Below are positions 29,264 through 41,676 of a DNA stretch of 64,000 nt, in pieces (the stretch's first letter is position 1; every line of letters begins with the position of its first letter). The notes beneath the pieces were generated by a model, which had not been told where the DNA came from, did no database searches, and saw only the letters and a list, made by a program, of their open reading frames with translations. Source of the stretch: Parcubacteria group bacterium (GTDB lineage: Bacteria > Patescibacteriota > Minisyncoccia > Phycocordibacterales > CSBR16-119); contig CALRFT010000001.1 in NCBI GenBank assembly GCA_943356745.1, positions 207,193-271,192 on the forward strand, in the 5' to 3' direction. The position numbers and the translations under genes are program-made.

Positions 29264-30054
29264 GATGAACGGTAATCGTTCAGATCAAAAACATTTACTT
29301 GGGGTAATATTTCAATCCGGACAGGTTCTTCTGTAAAAGGCTTTTGCCATGTATAAAATACATCATAAGTTTCACCTTCTTTGAGTGATTCAATAAACGT
29401 CGTACTAGCACCGATGGCATTATTATCAGTATCATACAAAACTGCAACAACATCAAAATTTGTTAAATTAAATCGACTGTTGTTTCTGATTGTAGCGGTA
29501 AGTGTTGGTTTTGTAAACGGATCTTTGACAAGGATATTTGAAACTGAAGGTGTAATTCCCTGTCCTGCATCTTTTGGTGTTTGAAGCCAAAGTGGATTTT
29601 CTGTAAAAGAAAAATCTGCACGAGTAGGAACTCTATCACCCACTAAAATTGCTGGGGCAAATATTGCTGTTTGATTATTAGGAAGAATATAAGTTTTTCC
29701 AGTTCTTCTTGCAATAAACACATTATTATCATCATACAACTTGAACTCATAAGAGATGGCATATATAGCAGCGTCAGTATTTTGATTTTCAACAATAGCA
29801 ATAGCATTATACCTCCCTGGAATAACCTCAAAAGCCCGTGTCCAAGTAGTAATAAGCGGAAGTGCGCTAATACTACAAAAACGAGAACAAGAACCGCCAC
29901 AGTCAATTCCTGACTCTTTACCATTTTGAATACCGTCAAAACAAGTTGCTTCCACTTCAAATTGAGGTTTAACAAATAAAATAATAAAAAGTAAAGCTAT
30001 TATTACAAGACTTAGTATTACCAATAATTTTCTTTTAGCTGCCCATGAAAACAT
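29260..30054 (-). CDS. membrane-anchored surface protein with CFDGIQN..E.GIDCGG.C motif and FxLYD-like domains
   Basis: N-terminal TM; Cys motif; FKLYDDNN and VLYDTDNN repeats; overlaps the rodA start. Confidence 0.85.
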   Translation of the reverse strand: MFSWAAKRKLLVILSLVIIALLFIILFVKPQFEVEATCFDGIQNGKESGIDCGGSCSRFCSISALPLITTWTRAFEVIPGRYNAIAIVENQNTDAAIYAISYEFKLYDDNNVFIARRTGKTYILPNNQTAIFAPAILVGDRVPTRADFSFTENPLWLQTPKDAGQGITPSVSNILVKDPFTKPTLTATIRNNSRFNLTNFDVVAVLYDTDNNAIGASTTFIESLKEGETYDVFYTWQKPFTEEPVRIEILPQVNVFDLNDYRSS

Positions 30055-30136
30055 ATAGATCATTATACCTTACTTTTATTTCAACCAAACAAAAAAAACA
30101 CTTCTTTCGAAGTGTTTTTTTGTTTTTAAATACTTT

Positions 30137-30242
30137 AAGCTGGCGAATACCTATTTTCCCAATAGTATCGTCGGTACTACCGGACTTAACTTCTGTGTTC
30201 GGAATGAGAACAGGTGTATCCCCGGCGTCAAATCACCAGCTT
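30137..30242 (-). rRNA. rrf: 5S rRNA (short, about 106 nt)
   Basis: GCTGGTGA...CACCTGTTCTCATTCCGAACACAGAAGTTAAG...TCGCCAGC. Confidence 0.95.
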
Positions 30243-30555
30243 AAAATATTCAAAGTAAAAAATAGAGAGGGTTTTCATCATGAACTGATGTGTCGCAACC
30301 CCCTCTTTTGGAAAGGTTCGAACTTCAATCGAAATCTCCAGACAAAAGTCTGTTGCTCTTTTCAAGGCAAGACAACATTTTTGCAAATGATATTCGTCTA
30401 CTTTGCGGTTATCCTGCAATAACCTCCCTTGAGCTACCTTTCTTTTTTTAAAGAACCTTATTTTGGAGCAAGAGTAAATAAAAAATTTCGCAGCAATTTG
30501 TATTGATTGAAGATCAAACTTATTGCTAATTTTTTAATTTACTCTCGCATTCTGT

Positions 30556-33818
<3,263 letters not shown>

Positions 33819-33930
33819 ACAGTCGTATTTAGTAAATAAAAAATCGCCTCAGGGCGACACTTGGTAATCAAACGATAACCTTGAGCCGCTTAGATTTGGT
33901 GATTTCGATTACTATTCATACGTGATTTCT

Positions 33931-33958
33931 AGTATATTCATCCGGAAATAAATGTCAA
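33931..33958 (-). promoter_or_regulatory. sigma70 promoter of the 23S-5S unit
   Basis: TTGACA-N16-TATACT on the minus strand about 310 nt before the 23S. Confidence 0.8.
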
Positions 33959-34044
33959 GCATTTTCCCCACGTTTAAAAAGAAGATATCGGAAGCCTAAA
34001 ATAAGCTATTAAAATAAAGAAAAAATGAGACACCTCCAGAAAAA

Positions 34045-34286
34045 AGATAAAAAGAAAAGCCCCTCAAACGAGGGGGCTTTTCAGGGTCAAAATGCAAACT
34101 TTGTTTAGCTAAGGATTTAAAGATGTTTAGCTTCAGATTTAAACACCTAAAGTTCACATGGGGTTAGACCCTTTTACAAAGAAAAAAGAAACTATGCTTG
34201 GAAGGCCAAAGATTTCTTTTTCTCTGTAGACAGTATAGTGTTTTTCTCATACTGGTTTTTGGTTTTAGTTAGAAACAACTTTCTTA
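34045..34286 (-). ncRNA. candidate free-standing structured RNA (or 28-aa micro-ORF mRNA)
   Basis: TGCTAAAAT at 34292-34300, three stem domains with G-U pairs only on the minus strand, terminator at 34054-34082. Confidence 0.45.
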
Positions 34287-34338
34287 GGACTATTTTAGCA
34301 AAAAATAAAAACCCTTTGAAGGGTTTTTATTTTTTAGA

Positions 34339-35019
34339 TTAGTCTTTTAGATTTTCAGACATTTTACTAATTGCTTTTGAAGCAGCTTCTTTTCCTCCGA
34401 GTCCAAATGCAAGACCTCCCGCAAGAGCCATCATTGCAACAAGACCAATGAAGAGTGCGCTCATGAATTGTTCTGCAATTCCAAGCTCTGAGAGAGCAAT
34501 AATAATTGCAAATACCCATACTGCCCACTTCGCAATTGTTGCAGACATTCGTGAAGATCGAGAGTTTACTGCCTTTGCAGATCCTTCGATAAACTTCTGA
34601 AGAACATCTGAAATATAAGAAGCGATAATAAGAATAAGAGATGCAACAAAGATATTTGGAAGATATCCAAGAACATCATTTCTCAAGAAATCGTTAATTG
34701 CCGAAAGTCCAAGAATTTCAAGTGATGGGATAAGGAAAGCGATTACGATAAACCATCGAACAATCTCTCCGATAAATCTTCCCACTCGAAGTTTGAATCC
34801 CATTCGTTCAAGCACTCGCTCTGTTCCTAATTCCTTGAAAAGACTATCAATCTTAATAAGGTTAAGAATATGTTCGATTGCTCGACTCACCATCGCTGCG
34901 ATTACCCAACCTACAGCAAAGATAATAATTGCGCCAAGGAAACCTGGAATAAATTCAAAGAAACCTTGAACTAGATTTTGTGACGCAGAAACAAATACGT
35001 CTGGCCATGATTGAAGCAT
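34339..35019 (-). CDS. conserved TM-helix repeat protein (CmpX/MscS-TM-like)
   Basis: F.P...GA.II..VGW.IA repeat, YLPNI..A.LI, GLAFGLGGKE.A. Confidence 0.88.
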   Translation of the reverse strand: MLQSWPDVFVSASQNLVQGFFEFIPGFLGAIIIFAVGWVIAAMVSRAIEHILNLIKIDSLFKELGTERVLERMGFKLRVGRFIGEIVRWFIVIAFLIPSLEILGLSAINDFLRNDVLGYLPNIFVASLILIIASYISDVLQKFIEGSAKAVNSRSSRMSATIAKWAVWVFAIIIALSELGIAEQFMSALFIGLVAMMALAGGLAFGLGGKEAASKAISKMSENLKD

Positions 35020-35090
35020 AAATAATTTTATATGTTAATTATTATAATGTAAGCCGACCCTCGTTGACTTACTATAAATTATACAGCATT

Positions 35091-35729
35091 TTAACGATTT
35101 CTGAGTGCTTCTGTGGATAATCCAGAAGAAGAAATTAAAACTTCATGATTACCATCAAAAATATCGCAAAGTAATTTGTCGTACATATCTCGTCTATACA
35201 CAAATTCTTCCGTATCAAACATAGCATATTGAAGTTCTTTTCCAAGTTGAGCTTCAAAAAACTTCACCGCAGCTTCAATTTTTTTTCTATTCAAATTATC
35301 TCCAACCACAAGAAGATCTGCTCTTGCTTCTGGGTCTTTGATGAAAACTCCAGAAACTACAAGGAGTTTGATTTTTCCAGCTGGACGGAATCTCGAAACT
35401 ACATCATTTTGTTTCAGTGTATCGTATTCAATCAAAAGACTATACAAAGGCTCAAGATAGTGGAAGGTTTTATCAATCTCCCAAGCAAGAGTTTTTATTT
35501 TCTTTACTACTTTGTCTTTACCTGGAACTTCTCGTACAACAGTTTTCGGACGAACAAAACCAACCTGCTCCAAAATCTCAATCTCTCTTTTTGCAGATTG
35601 ATCTTTTGAAAGAGTTCTATTTGAAATCTCCGTAAGTGTAAAGGTTTCGTCCTGATTCATAAGAAAAAGTCGCATTATTTTCACTAGCGGATCACTACTA
35701 AATAAATTTCCCAGAATATCCATTCCCAT
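35091..35729 (-). CDS. winged-HTH plus nucleotidyltransferase-like protein
   Basis: LFSS...VK.MRLFL.N...EIS N-terminus; SGVF......DLLVVGD...E...GKEL.Y C-terminus. Confidence 0.75.
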   Translation of the reverse strand: MGMDILGNLFSSDPLVKIMRLFLMNQDETFTLTEISNRTLSKDQSAKREIEILEQVGFVRPKTVVREVPGKDKVVKKIKTLAWEIDKTFHYLEPLYSLLIEYDTLKQNDVVSRFRPAGKIKLLVVSGVFIKDPEARADLLVVGDNLNRKKIEAAVKFFEAQLGKELQYAMFDTEEFVYRRDMYDKLLCDIFDGNHEVLISSSGLSTEALRNR

Positions 35730-35889
35730 ACGTTTATGCTAAATTCTTATAAAATGTGTAGGTATTATAGCACTTTTGATTTGAAGTAAAGACAAAGGAC
35801 AACAATTATCTTTTGAATGCAAGAAATGCTTTATTTACAAAAAAATGTGAAAAATAAAAATCGCCAGATTGGCGATTTTTATTTTTGAA

Positions 35890-36318
35890 TTATTTAAGTG
35901 CTGCTTTTCCTCCAGCTGCTTCAATAGCCGCCTTAAGAGCTTCAGCTTCGTCTTTCTTCACCCCTGCCTTTACAACAGTTGGTGCTGCTTCAACGAGATC
36001 TTTTGCTTCTTTAAGTCCGAGTCCGAGAGCTTCTTTAACAGCTTTCATAACTCCAATCTTTGCTTCCCCTACTGATGTAAGTTCAACATCGAATTCATCT
36101 TTTTCTTCAGCTGCTTCTCCAGCCCCAGCTCCTGCTCCAGCAAATGCTGCAGCTGCTGCTGATACTCCAAACTTCTTTTCCAAAAGTTTTACAAGTTCAT
36201 GAAGATCAAGAACTGACATTGATTCAATTGCATCAACAACAGCCTTGAATTTTGCAGGAACTTCTACTGCTGTAGTTTCTTCAACTACAACTTCAGTGTT
36301 TTTTACTTCTTCTGACAT
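35890..36318 (-). CDS. rplL: 50S ribosomal protein bL12 (L7/L12)
   Basis: [32 protein letters not shown]. Confidence 0.98.
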   Translation of the reverse strand: MSEEVKNTEVVVEETTAVEVPAKFKAVVDAIESMSVLDLHELVKLLEKKFGVSAAAAAFAGAGAGAGEAAEEKDEFDVELTSVGEAKIGVMKAVKEALGLGLKEAKDLVEAAPTVVKAGVKKDEAEALKAAIEAAGGKAALK

Positions 36319-36347
36319 AATGATTTTAAAAAATTATCGCAAATAAA

Positions 36348-36839
36348 TTATGCTTCTTTCTTTTCTGCATATTGATGCAATACAGAAACGAAACTTTGAA
36401 TTGGCGCATTGAACATAGAAAGAAGTTGAGCATATAGTACTGGCGTAGATGGAATTGTCGCAATCGACATCATTTCCGCTTGAGTCATATACTTTCCTTC
36501 AAATACTCCTCCAACGATCTGCAATTTTTCAGCCAACTCTTTTTGGAATGCATATACTTCTCGAGATGGTGCAATAAGCTCATTTCCATAAGCAACAGCA
36601 ACCATTCCCTTCAATTCTGGCATATCGCCTTGAATTGCAGATTCTGCAAATGCTTTTTTAAGCAATGTCTTCTTCACAACTTTATAGTTCACACTATTTT
36701 TTGTAAGTGTTGATCGAAGTGATGTTTCATCCTTTACAGGAAGTTTATCAAAACTAACAAACACTACAGATTGTGAATTTTTTGCAATATCTTGAAGTTC
36801 ATTCAAATGTGCAGATTTTTGTTCTCTTGTTTTAGCCAT
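36348..36839 (-). CDS. rplJ: 50S ribosomal protein uL10
   Basis: MAKTREQK start (corrected), YKVVKKTL, GGVFEG, adjacent to rplL. Confidence 0.95.
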   Translation of the reverse strand: MAKTREQKSAHLNELQDIAKNSQSVVFVSFDKLPVKDETSLRSTLTKNSVNYKVVKKTLLKKAFAESAIQGDMPELKGMVAVAYGNELIAPSREVYAFQKELAEKLQIVGGVFEGKYMTQAEMMSIATIPSTPVLYAQLLSMFNAPIQSFVSVLHQYAEKKEA

Positions 36840-36844
36840 TTTGT

Positions 36845-36990
36845 AATAATTTGTTTTAACTAAAAACGGACCGCAATGCGGCCGTAAGCCCAAGGAATAA
36901 TCCTTGAAATGTATGAGTTCCCTTTCGGGTCGACCATTCGGTAGGTCTGACGCTATTTCTAGCTGCCCACTGTCTCTACGGCTTACGAAC
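36845..36990 (-). promoter_or_regulatory. L10 leader (r-protein autoregulatory RNA)
   Basis: CCGTAGAGACAGTGGG...ACCTACCGA core resembling known L10 leaders; outer stem CGTAAGCC/GGCTTACG; TTGCAA-N17-TAGTAT promoter upstream. Confidence 0.75.
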
Positions 36991-37106
36991 AATAGAATAC
37001 TACAAAATTATAGATATTGCAAGTCTGACTAAGCTTATGAGGTTTATTGACAAAGTTATAAATATAAGTATTATTTTACTCATAAAACCCTGTTATTTTA
37101 TTATTT

Positions 37107-37346
37107 ATGGATACAAACCAAAACACCGGAACACTTGTGGTTCATTTCACAAAACCTGGACCCATTAAAAACGCTGAGGGTCTTCCAGTAAACATGGAAA
37201 CAAGCACAGTAACAATTCCAAAAGATGCTTTTGTTGAGATCAATCCCAGAACACTTCACATTCAACATGAAGGTAGAGGATATTATTTTGGAATAAATAG
37301 TGGAGCTAGAGTGTTGGACAAAAACACACAAAAAGTTCTTTGGTAA
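37107..37346 (+). CDS. hypothetical protein (probable paralog of the next gene)
   Basis: Own TTGACA promoter and terminator. Confidence 0.75.
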   Translation: MDTNQNTGTLVVHFTKPGPIKNAEGLPVNMETSTVTIPKDAFVEINPRTLHIQHEGRGYYFGINSGARVLDKNTQKVLW

Positions 37347-37440
37347 AAACATCCAAAAAAAAACAAAAAGCTTCGCAACTGCGAAGCTTTTCTTTTTATT
37401 TTATTTCAGTATAATCAAAGCGAATCAAAACCCACAAAAT

Positions 37441-37701
37441 ATGAATAATCTTACAGGTTCTTTCACTTTAATTTTTAGAAAAGAAATTCCCGACCAAGCA
37501 AGATCTATGCCTGGAATTGAAATAGACGAGGAACGTCTATCTGTTTTTGTTAATTTTGCGTCTGTCACACCAAGAAGAAAAAGCATTGAATTTACAGTTA
37601 ATGGCGAAACTTACAGTTTTGCACAAACTATCCAACAAGTTAAAAACGGTGACGGAATTATTTTTACAAACACAGAAATCGAAGAAACTGCTCAGAAATG
37701 A
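37441..37701 (+). CDS. hypothetical protein
   Basis: ATG at 37441 after TATAAT; the longer ORF-track start crosses a terminator. Confidence 0.75.
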   Translation: MNNLTGSFTLIFRKEIPDQARSMPGIEIDEERLSVFVNFASVTPRRKSIEFTVNGETYSFAQTIQQVKNGDGIIFTNTEIEETAQK

Positions 37702-37817
37702 GCGGTTTTATTTTTTATATAAAACTATTTTATTTTAAAAATAATAAAATTTAAAATTATTACATAAAAATGACAAATTACAATATTTATGGATAATACA
37801 AATAAAAAGTACATATC

Positions 37818-38216
37818 ATGGACAATAACCCCACAAAAACCCTTGGCGATCTTCAAAAAGAAGATCCGTTGTTTGATTTCTCACGAGCTTACAATATGTA
37901 TGCGAGACACAATACAAATCGTCTTGTTATGATTTTTGCAAGTAAAGTTGATGAAAAAGAACGGTCTACCCTAGATTACCATCTTGATGGTGAAAAAATT
38001 GAAAACAAAAACATTTCTTTTTCAATATCCTACAGAAGTTTTAACGGAAAAGAAGTGACTAAATTAAGTTTTCTAACAAAAACCTTCTGGAGCACTCGAG
38101 AAAATGCTGAGCGTGACCTTGAAGAATACATCAATCAATACCATAAAGAGTTTCAAAAATTAAATTCTAAACAAGAGATTCTTGATTTTGTAAACAGACC
38201 AGAAGAGGAAGAATAG
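37818..38216 (+). CDS. hypothetical protein
   Basis: 132-aa ORF with own promoter and terminator at 38218-38248. Confidence 0.78.
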   Translation: MDNNPTKTLGDLQKEDPLFDFSRAYNMYARHNTNRLVMIFASKVDEKERSTLDYHLDGEKIENKNISFSISYRSFNGKEVTKLSFLTKTFWSTRENAERDLEEYINQYHKEFQKLNSKQEILDFVNRPEEEE

Positions 38217-38250
38217 AATAACCCCCCACGAAAACATGGGGGGTTTATTT

Positions 38251-38665
38251 TTAATCGATACAACGAAAAAGAGTGTATTGATCTTTATCAAAAAGCACAA
38301 AAAGAATATCTTTTTCATTCAGAAACAAGTTAGGGGTTCCTTCTACAAATTCATCAATACAAGATTGGAGAATTTCTTTTGAGGCAAAAGTACAATGATA
38401 CTTTTTTTCTGGAGGAAATGTTTTTCCGTGAGTAAACCTCTCGGCAAGATTTTGCCCTTTTTGATTTTGAATATTAATACATGCAATAACAGCATGTTTT
38501 TTGTCTTTGTTTTTTTGAGAAAAATCTTTTTTTTAATTGATTTAACCAGTCAAAATTTTGATTCAAAATCTTAACAGTTTCTTGATCTTGCTTTTCTGAA
38601 ACGAATTGTCCATCTCTAATTATTAGAGATGGAATTAAAATTTCTGTTTGGGTGTTTGTATCCAT
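38251..38665 (-). pseudogene. hypothetical protein frameshifted, most likely at an A8 run (38527-38534)
   Basis: Removing one A gives a continuous 137-aa ORF ending at TAA 38251, right before the terminator. Confidence 0.7.
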
Positions 38666-38786
38666 AAATAACTAATAAATTGGTTTCTCTACAGGATACT
38701 AAATTAAACAACTGTGTCAATTATACAATGTTATTGACATTTTTTTACTATAATGCATAATAAAAAAAGATATATACGTACAATAC

Positions 38787-39032
38787 ATGAGTAAAAAAAC
38801 TTCACCTTCTCTACTTCAAGGCATACGCTATGGAGTAGATTACACGGAACGATATTTTAAATACATCTGGAGACAAACCGGTTGGGTTTGGGATCAAGGT
38901 AATCGATATCTGTCGTGGGTGAAACGGCAACATATTCACCCGGTTTTCCGTGTGACTCTATATTTTTTCATAATTGCTTTTGCACTACTTTGGGTTTTGA
39001 TTTTAATCTTTGGAATAGTGCGAGCAATTTAA
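38787..39032 (+). CDS. small protein with C-terminal TM helix
   Basis: TTGACA/CATAAT promoter, ATG, terminator. Confidence 0.7.
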   Translation: MSKKTSPSLLQGIRYGVDYTERYFKYIWRQTGWVWDQGNRYLSWVKRQHIHPVFRVTLYFFIIAFALLWVLILIFGIVRAI

Positions 39033-39057
39033 AACCACCTCTTCAGAGGTGGTTTAT

Positions 39058-39230
39058 TTATGGTGGAAACACAATTAAAAAAATAAGTACGACTATCGTT
39101 GAATATACCAAACACCCAAGTAGGTCGGCGCGGTATCGTATAACAACTTCTTTCTCGTACAATTTTTCTTTAAAAAATGGAGGACAAAAACAAGCAAATA
39201 CAAACAAAAAAGTGGAATAACAAGATATAT
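39058..39230 (-). pseudogene. degenerate small two-TM gene (ATA at expected start, probable T6/T7 frameshift)
   Basis: TTGACT/TATTCT promoter precedes ATA TAT CTT GTT ATT CCA; one extra T joins it to the two-TM frame ending at 39058. Confidence 0.45.
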
Positions 39231-39315
39231 AGATGTAAAAAGTTTTGTGTTTAAGAATACGAAAATATATTTTTAAGTCAAACAAAAAATCCGCATAGCG
39301 GATTTTTCTGTAAAC

Positions 39316-39642
39316 CTATTCAATAGGTGAATTTTTCCAAACAAGTTCTTTTTGTTTGAGATCAATAAAAAACTTTTTACCATCAACAAGTAACACGATG
39401 TTTTCTGTATTAATGTGCTGGATATAAACACATCGAGCCCCAGAAATCACAGGAAGTGAAACATCATTAATACGAATATTAACTTCTTGTGTTACGGCAT
39501 CAAAAGAGTAAGTACATAAAACACCGTCATCAATTTTGATATATCTAATGACAGATTGACAGGAATCTCGTCTTGTCTGCGCTGAACCAGTAATACAAAA
39601 AAATAAAACTGGAATAATAACAAAGAAAATTACTTTTTTCAT
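39316..39642 (-). CDS. secreted hypothetical protein
   Basis: Signal peptide MKKVIFF...GSA|Q. Confidence 0.78.
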   Translation of the reverse strand: MKKVIFFVIIPVLFFCITGSAQTRRDSCQSVIRYIKIDDGVLCTYSFDAVTQEVNIRINDVSLPVISGARCVYIQHINTENIVLLVDGKKFFIDLKQKELVWKNSPIE

Positions 39643-39711
39643 AGTAGAATAAATTTAAATACATATTACCATAAATAAAATAAAAAGCAAGACTTTGTCT
39701 TGCTTTTTATT

Positions 39712-40089
39712 TTATTGAGCATTTTTATCAAGTTTTTGCTCATTTTGATCTACCTGCATTGCGGAAGATGAACAAGCGTTAATGGCACATTCAAACTGTG
39801 CCTCCGTAAGACTATCCTGGCCATTATTTGGAAGTCCACATTTTTGCCTAGCGCTTGAAAGCATCAGTGACCCATCTTGAGTACTGCAATCAGCTCGAGT
39901 TACTGTACATCCCCAATCACCGAAACTTACCTCTCTTGGGCATCCACCTATTTTATTTTGATTTATGTCATCAATGGCTTCCCGAAGAGTTACAATCTCT
40001 TGATTGGAAATTTTATTTTTATTGACAACATAGTATATCCCCCCAACAACTGCAGCTACTGTAAATATTGAAATGATTGTTTTTTTCAT
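39712..40089 (-). CDS. secreted/anchored Cys-rich protein (paralog of 3346-3654)
   Basis: N-terminal TM, 6 Cys, LTEAQFECAINAC. Confidence 0.8.
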   Translation of the reverse strand: MKKTIISIFTVAAVVGGIYYVVNKNKISNQEIVTLREAIDDINQNKIGGCPREVSFGDWGCTVTRADCSTQDGSLMLSSARQKCGLPNNGQDSLTEAQFECAINACSSSAMQVDQNEQKLDKNAQ

Positions 40090-40189
40090 AGTATCTAATT
40101 AAATAATAAATATTTAAAATTATAACACTTATTTGATATGAAGTGATCTAAATTTATTAATAAAAATTAAAGAACGCGGATGTTGTTTT

Positions 40190-40966
40190 TTAATTCTCAT
40201 CTAAAGTTTTTTCTTCTTCAGAAACCTCTAACTCTGGAGTTATATTTTCTGAAGAAAGAATAACAACTCCCTGATCTGAATATTCATATACAAAGCTTGT
40301 AATATTTTGAATGTGTCCGTCTTCATATGTAACAATTCCAGAATTTGCTTGACTATCTATTACAAGATTAACAACATACCAAGTTCCACCAAGTACAGGT
40401 TCTTCTGAAAAAAGTGTTTGGATATTTTCTCGAACATACTTTTCAACTGTAATTTTTTCTGTTAGTTCATCACAAGAAATTGAAGGTAGAGTTTGTGAAT
40501 AATTTATATTTTCTTTATCAGCATAAACATAAACACCATCACCCCTATCTACCATTTCTCCAAAACCAATTTTTGCTTCTATTGGATTAAATTCAAAATA
40601 AAATTCTTCAGCAGTAGTCATACCTTCTGCGACAGCTGTCATGTAAGTATTTGCCTGTAAGTATGTTGGATTTTGCACGTCAAGAGATATAGCTCCAATA
40701 AAATCACCCTTTTTACTATCTTTTTCTGCGGGAATGTTTGAATATTGACCGGAAACAGAAAACACACCTGTTTCTCCACTGGTATTTTCAACACGAAGCC
40801 AAGTTCTATCTTGAAATCCACTTTCTAAATTATTTTCCTGATAAAAACAAAGAGATTGAAAAGTCTCCCCAGCAATTTCTTGTTCTTCTGAAGTTTTTGA
40901 ACTTGAAATAATAAAAAATATAGCGAATGCTGCAATAACAGCGAGTATGATTAGTATCTTTTTCAT
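40190..40966 (-). CDS. membrane-anchored hypothetical protein
   Basis: N-terminal TM; PAEKDSK.G and YVRENI...PVLGGTWYV...YEDGHI segments. Confidence 0.85.
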   Translation of the reverse strand: MKKILIILAVIAAFAIFFIISSSKTSEEQEIAGETFQSLCFYQENNLESGFQDRTWLRVENTSGETGVFSVSGQYSNIPAEKDSKKGDFIGAISLDVQNPTYLQANTYMTAVAEGMTTAEEFYFEFNPIEAKIGFGEMVDRGDGVYVYADKENINYSQTLPSISCDELTEKITVEKYVRENIQTLFSEEPVLGGTWYVVNLVIDSQANSGIVTYEDGHIQNITSFVYEYSDQGVVILSSENITPELEVSEEEKTLDEN

Positions 40967-41051
40967 GAGAAAATTATACCATAGAAAAAGTATTGCTTTT
41001 TCCGCTAGTTTTGCTAATATGATACCCGAACCAAAACCTTATTAAAACTAT

Positions 41052-41420
41052 ATGATTATTGTCATTATAGACATTCCTCGACCGCTGTATCACCACATGG
41101 TACCTTTTGAGGAATCAATCATTATTGTTGAACTTGTTTCTCCCGAAAACATAAACCAAACCACCCTTCGGGAATCAGGCTTTGTTATTTCAAACGAATA
41201 CTCACCAGCATATCTCAAAGAAACGCTCGTGGTAGATTTACCGGCAATGCAGCATAAGAATCGAAAAATTTTGTTAGATATTAATATCAACAAAACTACT
41301 TCCAAAAGCCACGTGCAGATGGAAGACATCCTCGAGTCAGAGCTCAAAAAGCCGCCAAAAAAAACAAACAAAAACCCGCCGAACGGCGGGTTTTTTATTG
41401 TGCTAGATAAGCAACAATAA
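41052..41420 (+). CDS. hypothetical protein
   Basis: TTGCTT/TGCTAATAT promoter, ATG; the end overlaps a terminator. Confidence 0.65.
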   Translation: MIIVIIDIPRPLYHHMVPFEESIIIVELVSPENINQTTLRESGFVISNEYSPAYLKETLVVDLPAMQHKNRKILLDININKTTSKSHVQMEDILESELKKPPKKTNKNPPNGGFFIVLDKQQ

Positions 41421-41676
41421 TTTCCTTTGACTTTTGGATGTGATTCAAAATAAATGAAATAGATCCTCCCCAAAAACAAAGAACATACAAACACTGAATA
41501 AAAGATAGAAATTGACTTTTGTTTGTTTTGCGTGTAACAGAATCCATAATTGAATCTACTGTCTGTAAAAAATTATCTGAGGAACTATTTTGTTTTGGTT
41601 CACATATTGTCGCGTGGACCACACCAAGAATAAGACCTATTGCAATAAGAATTACTGATTCTTGCATTTGCATCAT
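41395..41676 (-). CDS. hypothetical two-TM protein
   Basis: Two hydrophobic segments; ATG ATG after an AAAACCTC leader. Confidence 0.6.
   Translation of the reverse strand: MMQMQESVILIAIGLILGVVHATICEPKQNSSSDNFLQTVDSIMDSVTRKTNKSQFLSFIQCLYVLCFWGGSISFILNHIQKSKEIIVAYLAQ

Noticed and set aside
30228-30419. 63-aa ORF in the 23S-5S spacer
   Set aside because: Overlaps the 5S 5' end, has a non-ATG start and no protein-like features; the region is better explained as RNA structure
36840-36992. N-terminal extension of uL10 (likewise the track starts for rplC, rplD, rpsJ and the UvrD fusion)
   Set aside because: The extensions run through leader RNAs, promoters or the upstream gene; downstream ATGs match family N-termini
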